Of a DNA stretch of 28,920 nucleotides, positions 16,715 through 24,565 are shown one piece after another. The position numbers were made by a program, and so were the translations under genes. The notes beneath the pieces were generated by a model. That model did no database searches. It was given only the letters and a program-made list of their open reading frames with translations, and had not been told where the DNA came from. This stretch comes from a virus. Taxonomy: Duplodnaviria > Caudoviricetes. How positions within the stretch are numbered: the stretch's first letter is position 1; each line of letters starts with the position of its first letter. The stretch lies in IMG/VR virus record IMGVR_UViG_3300037524_000136, positions 1-28,920 of that record. One strand, 5' to 3'.

Positions 16715-16862
16715 GATTGGATCCCTTGAACGGTTGGAAAGTCAGGACGCATTTCGTCGCGTCATCACGATCCAGATCCGTTCACGCAGGACCAGCCACG
16801 CACCGCCCACTATCGCTCGGGCGCCTCGCTCCGCTGTCGGGGGAGAACCGAATCGAGCCTAC

Positions 16863-17771
16863 CTACTCGCCGAAGAGCCTTCTGAAAGCCTTCTCGTCGC
16901 TCGAGATCTTGTAGAACTCGTCATCAGACATTTCTATCAAAGACTGTATCCCGATAGTTTTTGATTGTCTACCGGCCACATTGTCGATTCCTGATGCGGC
17001 CTTGCTGCCCGCTTCGAGCTTCTGCATCCGCTGCTCGGCCGGCGGCTCGACTGCCTTGGGCGCAAACCCGCGCACGCGCGACAGGTTGTACAGCGTCTCG
17101 GCCGGATTGCGCCCCGAGCGCAGGGACTGCTCGAGTACCGCGGCCCGCTCCTGCTGCATGACTTGCAGGATCTGCGGGCCCTGATAGCCCAGCGCCTGGA
17201 GCTCGCTCGCCCGCGTCTTGACCAGATGCTCGATCGCCTGGTCGTAGTCGGGCGCGGACTTCTTGAACGCCGTCTCGGCCGCGATGGCCGCGTGGGTGAG
17301 TTGCTGTGCCCGCTGCGCCTGCTCCTGCTCGGCGCGCATGCTGTTCACCTGCTCCTCGAGCGACTGCACCGCCTTGCCCGTTTGCTCGAACCCATAGCGG
17401 GTGGCCGCGATCGGGTCGTCGTCGAACTGCGGCGGCGGCGCTTCCTGGCGCTGCTGCATCGATCGGGCGATGATATCCATCCGTTCCTGCAGCCGGGCCT
17501 TGTCCTCGGCCCACTTGATCCGCTCCTGCTCGAACTGCTCGCGCTGCGCCCGCGCCTTGTTGCGCTCCTCGAGCAGCACCGGCAGCGGAACATGCTTGTG
17601 CGGTTCCTGCGCCTTCTCGGGCTCGGCCACGGGCGTGTCGGCAGAAGCCTCGAGTACAAGCTCGGGCTCAGGCTCGACCGCGGGTGTCTCAACGGGCGCT
17701 TCCGGGGCGGCCTCGCCGCCAGACTCGAAGTACTGCTGTTCCTGCGGGGTCAGTGCGTCAATGTCAGCCAT
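16863..17771 (-). CDS. Scaffolding protein (302 aa)
   Basis: Acidic Pro/Glu N-terminus, VPL..L.EER.K motif, coiled coil, PDYD.A, NPAE..Y, C-terminal L.EMSDDEF. Directly upstream of the MCP. Confidence 0.8.
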   Translation of the reverse strand: MADIDALTPQEQQYFESGGEAAPEAPVETPAVEPEPELVLEASADTPVAEPEKAQEPHKHVPLPVLLEERNKARAQREQFEQERIKWAEDKARLQERMDIIARSMQQRQEAPPPQFDDDPIAATRYGFEQTGKAVQSLEEQVNSMRAEQEQAQRAQQLTHAAIAAETAFKKSAPDYDQAIEHLVKTRASELQALGYQGPQILQVMQQERAAVLEQSLRSGRNPAETLYNLSRVRGFAPKAVEPPAEQRMQKLEAGSKAASGIDNVAGRQSKTIGIQSLIEMSDDEFYKISSDEKAFRRLFGE

Positions 17772-18323
17772 CTACTCTCCTGTCGGGTTGTCACGATAGC
17801 CGACCGCCACGAGTGTGAACTCGTCGCCGGCCTGCATCTCCACTCGCTCAAAACCGGCCGCCAGCAGCGCTGCGCGCAGCGACTCTCGGCTGAACCCGGT
17901 CTTGTGCGAGAAGTACTGCTTCCCGGCCGCCACCATGTCGGCGCGCCCGTAAACCATCTCCAAAGCCGTGATCGGCCCGGCCGGCGAGTCGTACAACACA
18001 CTGTCTACGCCCTGCTCGACGATCGCCCGCGCCGCTCGACCCAGATCAGGCACGGCAATTACCGCGAATCCGCGCGGCTTGAGCAGATGTCGCATGCCGC
18101 GCAGCACCACCGCCACTTCGTGCGGGTGAAAGTGCTCCAGATTGTGCGAGCAGTAAACGGCGTGGACCTGCTCGCCTTCCTGGTTGATCATGTCGCGCGC
18201 ATCGCCGACGATGTCGGGCTCGGTAGCCGGGTCGATGTCGAGCCGGATCTGCTCCCAATCGGCAAACAGCGCAGGAAGCGCGATGCTCTTGTGCGAACTG
18301 CCGACGTTGAGCACCTTCGGCAT
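17772..18323 (-). CDS. Class I SAM-dependent methyltransferase (183 aa)
   Basis: KVLNVGS, RLDID....PDIVGDA, VYCSHNLEH, LKPRG...IAVPD, HKTGFS..SL...L..AGF. Start ATG 18323 via TGATG overlap. Confidence 0.85.
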   Translation of the reverse strand: MPKVLNVGSSHKSIALPALFADWEQIRLDIDPATEPDIVGDARDMINQEGEQVHAVYCSHNLEHFHPHEVAVVLRGMRHLLKPRGFAVIAVPDLGRAARAIVEQGVDSVLYDSPAGPITALEMVYGRADMVAAGKQYFSHKTGFSRESLRAALLAAGFERVEMQAGDEFTLVAVGYRDNPTGE

Positions 18324-18964
18324 CACGCCGCCCCTTGCTGCGTCCACTCGAAAACGTGCTCGCCAATGTGGCCGACCATCTTGCTGGCATCGTGATCAAC
18401 CAGCACTTGAAAACCGGCCTCGCGCACCTTTTCACAGAACGGCCAATCCTCGGTAGTGTAGGACTTCGACTCCTCGCGCCAGCGCGGTAGGAACCACGGC
18501 TGGGGTACCTTCTCGAATACCTGGCGCTCGATCAACGATAGGCCGAAGCCGGTATAGCCTGCTTCCTCGAGCCCCTCGCTTTGCTCGTTGGTAACCATCG
18601 GCGTGACCATGTCCAACGCACAGGCGGTAAACTTGATCGGCAACAGTCGCCGCGGATAGTTGCAGGCTACGAACGGCTGCTTGCGTCCGAGCAGCACCTC
18701 CACCGCCTTGGGGTTGAAGCACATGTCATCGTCGATGAACAGGACATGCGTGGCGCCCCACTCCAGCGCTTGGGCGACCAGCACCTCGCGGTTGGCATGA
18801 ATCACGCTGCCGACCCGCACGAACTGCTTGCGCACCAACGTGCCCGCGTCCGGTCGCGATCGGGTCCAATGCTTGTACTGAAACAGTTGCCCGTAACTTT
18901 GGGCGAAAAAGGTCTTGCACAGGCCGCTGGAGAGCACCAGCACTGCCACGCGAAGGTCGATCAT
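18323..18964 (-). CDS. GT-A fold glycosyltransferase-like protein (213 aa)
   Basis: GS.I..NRE.LV..AL..GATHVLFIDDDM (DxD), GFGL.LI.R.VFE....PWF, EDW.FC......GF.V.VD...S..VGHIG. Confidence 0.85.
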   Translation of the reverse strand: MIDLRVAVLVLSSGLCKTFFAQSYGQLFQYKHWTRSRPDAGTLVRKQFVRVGSVIHANREVLVAQALEWGATHVLFIDDDMCFNPKAVEVLLGRKQPFVACNYPRRLLPIKFTACALDMVTPMVTNEQSEGLEEAGYTGFGLSLIERQVFEKVPQPWFLPRWREESKSYTTEDWPFCEKVREAGFQVLVDHDASKMVGHIGEHVFEWTQQGAA

Positions 18965-18977
18965 CGGATCCTTGTCG

Positions 18978-20630
18978 TCATGCCGTCAGAAGCAGGATCG
19001 CTTCTTCTTCCTGTCGTCGCCGCCGCAGACCCGTAAGGCCACGCATCGTCCCCTGCGGAGCGCGTAGAGCCTCTACCGCGCGATAGAAGTCGGCAGTGAG
19101 GGGGGAGGTAGCCTGTGCCCGTTGCTGCGCCGCTGCACGGCCCCAGAACTCCTGCGGCAGCCAGTACTCGCGCCCGTCATCGTCAGCCCGGCGCGGCTTG
19201 GCGACCGGCTTGGCGCGCTCCTTGGTGACCTCGCGCACGTCGCCCAGGTCGACGCCTGCTCCTTTGGCCGCTGCGATCACATCGGCCGGGTCAAGGTCGT
19301 CGTAGACGCGGTCGCGGATGAGGTAGCGTTTGCGACGGCGGATGGGCGTGCCGCCCAGGCCCGAATCCGGCCCCTGGTACAGCGCTTCTCCGGCCAACGC
19401 GAAACCGCCGCTAGGCAAGTACTCGAAATCAGTCGCGGCCGTGCTGGTGAACGAGCTCGCCGCCGTGCCGGCAATGACGATGCCGCCGGATACCGGGGCG
19501 ACGTAGAACTTGGTTGCCGTGGTCGTCGCTGTCCCGGCCAGCGCAATCCCGCCGGTTGGCTGGTATGGGTAGGATGTTGCCCCCGCCACGTTGTAGGACG
19601 TGGTCGCAGCCCCGGCCAGGGTCATCCCGCCGGATGGACCGTAGATCTTGCCTTTGAGCAGATCAGCCGCGCCGGCGATCGTCACCCCACCCGCGGTCGT
19701 GTAGACCTTGCTCCTCAATAGCGCAGCCGCACCAGCAATCGTTAACCCGCCGCCGGGAGCGTAGGCGTAGTTGTGCTTGCCGTCCGTTACCGCTAACCCG
19801 GCCAATGCCACGCCACCCGACGGCGCGTAAATCTTTCCTCTCAGCAGGTTGGCGGATCCACCAAGAGCAATTCCGCCGCTCGGCGTGTACGTCCACGTCG
19901 TCTCCGCCCCCCCCGTCGCTCCCGCTCCGAAGTAGAGGCGGCGGGGATCCCCGCGATAGATTTGCCACGGGTTGCGGCCAATCTCTGCCATTTCGCCAGC
20001 AGAAAATTGCCGGTGGAAGATGTGCAGGCAATATCGACGCTCGCCGTTGCGCCGACCCAAAACCGGGTAGCCAAGACCAAACCCGGCGCTTGTTTGTGTC
20101 CGCGTAATTGTGCTTGAATCTGCAAGCAACAAATTGCCGTTTACCCAAATTTGTCGGCCCAGTGCGCCGCCCGCAGTAACAGCTACTACATCATCCCCGC
20201 CGCCAGTGTACGCAACATCAATCCCTGTACCATTGCCATAGCGCCAATACAATCGACCAAAATATGGCGCAAAAATATGGCATTCGGACGTTGTTTCCGC
20301 TGGATCTCCGGCCGACAACAAAGCAGAAGCGCCATCAAGCCATTTGGAATAAATGACTATCGTGCAGGGCCCGGTCGGCAAAACCGTCGATGAGTCCGAC
20401 GCAAGAATCGGACAATCGTTGCCATAGATGTAATTTGTAAGCCCGCGCCCGCCAACGCCTACGTCGTAAACCGCCTCTCCCGGGACAATCGGTGTACCGC
20501 CGATTATTTCGTTGGGCTGAGAGAAGCACCAAGTTGCTTTCAGCCCAAGTGAAAGCGGATTCGACCAATCAACGCGCACCGCCCCCTGCGGCTGGCGCGT
20601 CCTGCGGCTGGGAAGAATGATGTACGACAC
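18978..20630 (-). CDS. Putative virion fibre protein (550 aa): LamG/lectin-like N-domain, Gly-rich repeats, charged C-terminus
   Basis: QPQG...VDWSNPL..GL, IWVNG, R..SA.E..EI..NPWQI (LamG-like ends), eight YxPxGGxxxAG repeats, C-terminal RRRRQEEEAILLL. Confidence 0.7.
   Translation of the reverse strand: MSYIILPSRRTRQPQGAVRVDWSNPLSLGLKATWCFSQPNEIIGGTPIVPGEAVYDVGVGGRGLTNYIYGNDCPILASDSSTVLPTGPCTIVIYSKWLDGASALLSAGDPAETTSECHIFAPYFGRLYWRYGNGTGIDVAYTGGGDDVVAVTAGGALGRQIWVNGNLLLADSSTITRTQTSAGFGLGYPVLGRRNGERRYCLHIFHRQFSAGEMAEIGRNPWQIYRGDPRRLYFGAGATGGAETTWTYTPSGGIALGGSANLLRGKIYAPSGGVALAGLAVTDGKHNYAYAPGGGLTIAGAAALLRSKVYTTAGGVTIAGAADLLKGKIYGPSGGMTLAGAATTSYNVAGATSYPYQPTGGIALAGTATTTATKFYVAPVSGGIVIAGTAASSFTSTAATDFEYLPSGGFALAGEALYQGPDSGLGGTPIRRRKRYLIRDRVYDDLDPADVIAAAKGAGVDLGDVREVTKERAKPVAKPRRADDDGREYWLPQEFWGRAAAQQRAQATSPLTADFYRAVEALRAPQGTMRGLTGLRRRRQEEEAILLLTA
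19389..19889 (-). repeat. Eight degenerate peptide repeats, consensus YxPSGG(I/V)(A/T)(L/I)AG, spaced about 21-26 aa
   Basis: YTPSGGIALGG, YAPSGGVALAG, YAPGGGLTIAG, YTTAGGVTIAG, YGPSGGMTLAG, YQPTGGIALAG, VAPVSGGIVIAG, YLPSGGFALAG. Confidence 0.85.
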
Positions 20631-20641
20631 GGCGCGCTAGG

Positions 20642-21163
20642 TCAGGTGTACTGGGCGACGACCGGCGTGTAGTAGATCGCATGGCCGCTGCTGGACCACC
20701 CGTTCGTGCTTGACTGGATAGCGTGCGTCACGAACACGACCCACTGATCCGGCACTGAGCCGCCGAACAGCGATGCCACCGATACAGGAGCGAATGAATA
20801 CACCCGGTCATTGGCGCTGTCGCCAGCAACGACCGCCGCCAGTCGTCCGCACGCCATCAGCACGTTGCGACTCGTCACCGTTTCCGTGCTGGCCGTGCCG
20901 TCGAATACATCCGGCCACGTCGGCGTGTCGTTCTCTGAACCGATGACCCAGACTTCGATGTTGCCGGCGTTGTGATTGCTGGCGGCCGCCTTGAAGTGTC
21001 CCGAGAGCAGGAAGTCTAGGCACGGCCCGCCTGTGTATCCGCCGTTGTCAACGGCGTTGGTTTCGTAGCCGCCGACGTAGGTTCCGCTTGCCGCCAAGCC
21101 ATTCAGACCGCTATCAGCCAGCGTGACACTTGCCAGTAGTTTTTGCTTGATATCGCCGGCCAT
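20642..21163 (-). CDS. Hypothetical beta-rich virion-associated protein (173 aa)
   Basis: Closely packed in the operon. Composition (Ser/Thr/Gly/Val, SVASLFGG..P..W..FV.H) suggests a jelly-roll domain. Confidence 0.7.
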   Translation of the reverse strand: MAGDIKQKLLASVTLADSGLNGLAASGTYVGGYETNAVDNGGYTGGPCLDFLLSGHFKAAASNHNAGNIEVWVIGSENDTPTWPDVFDGTASTETVTSRNVLMACGRLAAVVAGDSANDRVYSFAPVSVASLFGGSVPDQWVVFVTHAIQSSTNGWSSSGHAIYYTPVVAQYT

Positions 21164-21165
21164 GA

Positions 21166-21651
21166 TTAGCTCGTCCGCGCTTGTTCAACGTCCTGCCACG
21201 AGATCGCGCCCTCGAAACTCATCGTCGCCGGGGCCGCATCGCTGCCGATTCCCGTCGCCAGCAGCTTCTCCACGCGCGACGCCAACCGCTTGCAGTGCGT
21301 GTAGATCGTCGCCCGCACTGCGAGGTCCGCGGCCGTGCCCACCCACGCCGCGTCGATCCCGGCGCGGATGTTGGCCTTGCTGGCGTTAAGCGTACCAAGC
21401 CGCGTCATCCAATCCCAGATCCGCGCCTTGCCGACGGTGAGGTTGTCCACGCGCGCCCAGTCCATTCCATTGCGCATGATTTCGTCTACCGACACGCTCG
21501 ACTTCCATACGATGAAGTCGGGCGATGCCTGCTGGTTCAGCAGCGCCGCGATCTCGTAAGCGCCATCGGAACCCGCCGGGAATGCGGCCAGCACTGCGTC
21601 GGCCAGAATCGCCGCCTTCAGTGTCGCCTTCTGCTCAGTCGTCAATGCCAT
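21166..21651 (-). CDS. Hypothetical protein (161 aa)
   Basis: GAGGAG RBS and TGATG overlap. MALTTEQKATLKAAILAD...IAALLN...KRLASRVEKL. Confidence 0.8.
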   Translation of the reverse strand: MALTTEQKATLKAAILADAVLAAFPAGSDGAYEIAALLNQQASPDFIVWKSSVSVDEIMRNGMDWARVDNLTVGKARIWDWMTRLGTLNASKANIRAGIDAAWVGTAADLAVRATIYTHCKRLASRVEKLLATGIGSDAAPATMSFEGAISWQDVEQARTS

Positions 21652-21872
21652 CACAATCTCCTCAAATGCGCCCCGTACACATCGCCCAGCTTCAGCACCT
21701 CGGCCATAGCCGGCGTGCAGCGCAGGCGCAATTCGCCTTCAATGCCGTGCGCGCCGTCGATCTCTAGCTTGATCTCGCACCGCTGGCCGGCGTCGAACTC
21801 GCAACTGATGCTCGAGAGCGTCATCAGCAGGATAAGGTCGTCGAGCCAGTGCTGCGGTTCATGCACGATCAA
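21651..21872 (-). CDS. Hypothetical protein (73 aa, TTG start)
   Basis: Exactly bridges the two neighbours, with TTGA and TGATG overlaps. Confidence 0.55.
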   Translation of the reverse strand: MIVHEPQHWLDDLILLMTLSSISCEFDAGQRCEIKLEIDGAHGIEGELRLRCTPAMAEVLKLGDVYGAHLRRL

Positions 21873-22273
21873 TCACAAGTAATGGTCGGCGTGATCTTGA
21901 TGTTGTCGCCGTTGTTGGTGATCGTGTACGGGCCGTCCGAGAAGCGCTCGGCCCACACCAGTTTTCCGCTCGTCCGCTGCTTGATGTAGTAGCCGTAGAT
22001 CGGTTGATTCTGCGACCCAGCGCTCGAGGTGAATGTCTGCTGCGCGTAGGCGGCGCTGGTCGGCGCTCCTTCCGTAATCGTCCAGCTTGCCGCCGTCAAC
22101 TGGATCACGCTGTAGCCAGTGAAATCTGCCGCAGTCACGTTCGCCTCGGTAGTTCCCTCGACCGGGGTGTAATCGTTCTTGTACAAGCAGAGGTCAAGAT
22201 CCTGCGGCGCGGTCTTGTTCAGCAACGCACCGAGCGCAATCGCCTCGCCCTGGTTGGGGGTCAACAGTGCCAT
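21869..22273 (-). CDS. Small beta-rich virion/fibre-associated protein (134 aa)
   Basis: AGGAG RBS. L.LYKND.TP......A...EA/ADFTGY....L....W, Y..QTFT, IYGYY, L.WAERF...P.....GD.I.ITP pattern seen in phage structural proteins. Confidence 0.75.
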   Translation of the reverse strand: MALLTPNQGEAIALGALLNKTAPQDLDLCLYKNDYTPVEGTTEANVTAADFTGYSVIQLTAASWTITEGAPTSAAYAQQTFTSSAGSQNQPIYGYYIKQRTSGKLVWAERFSDGPYTITNNGDNIKITPTITCD

Positions 22274-22288
22274 TTCGTTCTCCTGTCT

Positions 22289-24565
22289 TTATTGAATGCC
22301 GACGATGCGACCATCGGGTGCGCGCACCACTGGCCGTCCGTTCATGCTCACTACCAGCCCGTCGTTGCCGTACTCGAGCGTCTTCGGCTTGTTGAGCTCG
22401 GCGCGCACCATCGCCATGATCTGCTCGGCCATCGGCGCGATCGCCTGAGACACGATCTGCTCCATCTCGCCACGCTGCTTGAACTCGACCGGCTTCTCGA
22501 GCAGCATGCGCACCTGCTCCAGCAACGCCGCCGTCTTGTCTCTTTCGCTTGCCATCGTGATCTCCCGCGTGTCATCGGCGTTCTGCGCGTCGAGCGCCAA
22601 GCGCAGCCGCTCCGTTTCGGCCTCGAACTCCTTGACCTTGACCTCCTGCGCCTTGATGGTCGTCTCTAGCGTCTTGACCTGCGCGTCCTGGGCGTTGATC
22701 GTGCCCTGAGCCTTGGCGGCGTCCAGCGCCAGTTGCGATCGCATCAGGTCGGCCTGCATCTTCTGCAGTTGCTGATCACGCTGCTGCAGCGCCTGCCCCA
22801 TCTGGGCGATCTGCTGCTGCCCCTGCTGGATCTGCTCTCTCAGTTGCGGCGGGATGTTGTCGCCACCGAGCATCTGCTGCCACTCGGTCGCCAGCGACTC
22901 GGGGATCGGCAGGTACTTGAGCACACTGGGCGGCACCGGCATGCCCATCTTGAGCGCCGCGGGTAGGAACGCCTGCAGCGTCTCGAAGGTCTGCTGCTTG
23001 ACGTTCACGCTGGCCGGCGCGCTATCGACGATCACGTCGTACTCGAGCGTCTCGTCCATCTGCACCAGCGGCGCATACTGCGGGCCGTTCTCGGCGTCGA
23101 TGCGGATCAAGCGCCCGTCGGCAAGGTATTTCTGGATGAACTGGTAGAGCATCCGCCCGTGCTCGCGCCGATACGCGCGCAAGGCGTCGAACCAGCCGGC
23201 CAGGATGGTCAGCGCCGCCTGCTTGCGTTGCGACTCCAGCACGCCGGCCTGCTGCCGATCGGCGAGGCCAAGGATCTCCAGATTGACGCCGGTCACGTCG
23301 CGGATGGAACTCACCGCGAACTGCATCAGGTTGTCCAGCCCGGCCGGATAGGTGATCGGGGCTCGCTGCTGGATTTTGCCGATGCCGCCAGGGGACGCGC
23401 GCACCCATGCGTCGGGCTTGGCCCATTCCTTCTTGGCCTCGCCGGGATTGTCGAACGCGCCGGCCTCCCAGATGATCCCGCCCTTGGCGTTGCTGTTGAT
23501 GATCGACATGATCTGACTGAGCCACTTGTTAGCCCAATCCTGCGGATCCTTCATCGACCGCACCAGCCCGTAGAAAATGCGCTCGTTCCTGTCCCTCACT
23601 CCGGTGATGAACTTGTAGCTCGAGCCCGTATCGCACGGCGCGGGCCCGTCGTCGAGCAGCACCTCGCCGCAGACGATCGCCCGTCGCCATGACCACTTGC
23701 GCGCCTTCACTGCCCGGGGCGGAGGCACGCCGGTAGCCTGCATCGCCTTGGTGATCTCGGCCCAGCGCTTGACATCGACATCGACCACCTTGCCGGTCTG
23801 CGGATCCAGCACCCGGTAGTAGGTCTGCGGCTCGCGCCACTCGCACTGGATCAGGCGGTACTCGTTGGTGCGCGGCCGATAGTGCGCGTTGGTATCGTCC
23901 TGGTAGTCCTGCTCGTTGGCGTCGACCGGGCTTGACGGCTGGTCGGCGCCGCGCGACTCCTGGGTAAGCTCGCCGGCCTGCTCGGGCCACTCCTCTTGCA
24001 GGTCGGGGCCGCTGATCCAGCGCTCGGCGATGACGTAGCGAGCATCGACGAAGTTACGCTTGCGGCTGGCCGGGTCGGCGTAAACCTCAAGCGGATCCTG
24101 GCGCTCGATTTCGATGTCGCCATCGGGGTTGCTGGCGTAGCTGACACGGGTGACGGTGCAGCCGATGCCGCAGATCAAGCTGTCGCGGAAGGCTTCGTTT
24201 TCCTCGATGTCGGCGTTACTGCGATCGCGCACCCAGGCAGCGGCGCTGTTGAGCAGCGTGGCCACGCCCACGTCCTCCATGCCGCGCGGCTGGTACTTGA
24301 TCGCCTGCCGGTTCTGCGCTTCGCTGCCGCAGACGGCGTCGATGGTCGGCGCGACCCGGTTGAACGTCACCGGCGGCCGGCGTTGCTGCTTGAGAAGCTC
24401 GAGGTCGTCCTCGTCCCACTGCCGGCCGGCGACGATGTCGTAGGATTGTCTCGCCTCGGTGCGCCAATCAGACCAGTGGTCGCGCACTTCCTTCCAGCGC
24501 TTCTGCACCAGTGCCACCACCTCGTCGGGGTCGCGGGTGTACTCGTCCTTTACACGCTCATCCAT
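22289..24565 (-). CDS. Portal protein, P22-like, with long C-terminal coiled-coil barrel (758 aa)
   Basis: W..EA...Y....G.QW, RPP.TFN...P.ID.V.G.E.QNR, AF.D..ICG.G, YGLVR.MKDPQ...NK..S, YDV.VD..P.S. Gln-rich coiled coil at the C-terminus. Follows TerL. Confidence 0.92.
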   Translation of the reverse strand: MDERVKDEYTRDPDEVVALVQKRWKEVRDHWSDWRTEARQSYDIVAGRQWDEDDLELLKQQRRPPVTFNRVAPTIDAVCGSEAQNRQAIKYQPRGMEDVGVATLLNSAAAWVRDRSNADIEENEAFRDSLICGIGCTVTRVSYASNPDGDIEIERQDPLEVYADPASRKRNFVDARYVIAERWISGPDLQEEWPEQAGELTQESRGADQPSSPVDANEQDYQDDTNAHYRPRTNEYRLIQCEWREPQTYYRVLDPQTGKVVDVDVKRWAEITKAMQATGVPPPRAVKARKWSWRRAIVCGEVLLDDGPAPCDTGSSYKFITGVRDRNERIFYGLVRSMKDPQDWANKWLSQIMSIINSNAKGGIIWEAGAFDNPGEAKKEWAKPDAWVRASPGGIGKIQQRAPITYPAGLDNLMQFAVSSIRDVTGVNLEILGLADRQQAGVLESQRKQAALTILAGWFDALRAYRREHGRMLYQFIQKYLADGRLIRIDAENGPQYAPLVQMDETLEYDVIVDSAPASVNVKQQTFETLQAFLPAALKMGMPVPPSVLKYLPIPESLATEWQQMLGGDNIPPQLREQIQQGQQQIAQMGQALQQRDQQLQKMQADLMRSQLALDAAKAQGTINAQDAQVKTLETTIKAQEVKVKEFEAETERLRLALDAQNADDTREITMASERDKTAALLEQVRMLLEKPVEFKQRGEMEQIVSQAIAPMAEQIMAMVRAELNKPKTLEYGNDGLVVSMNGRPVVRAPDGRIVGIQ

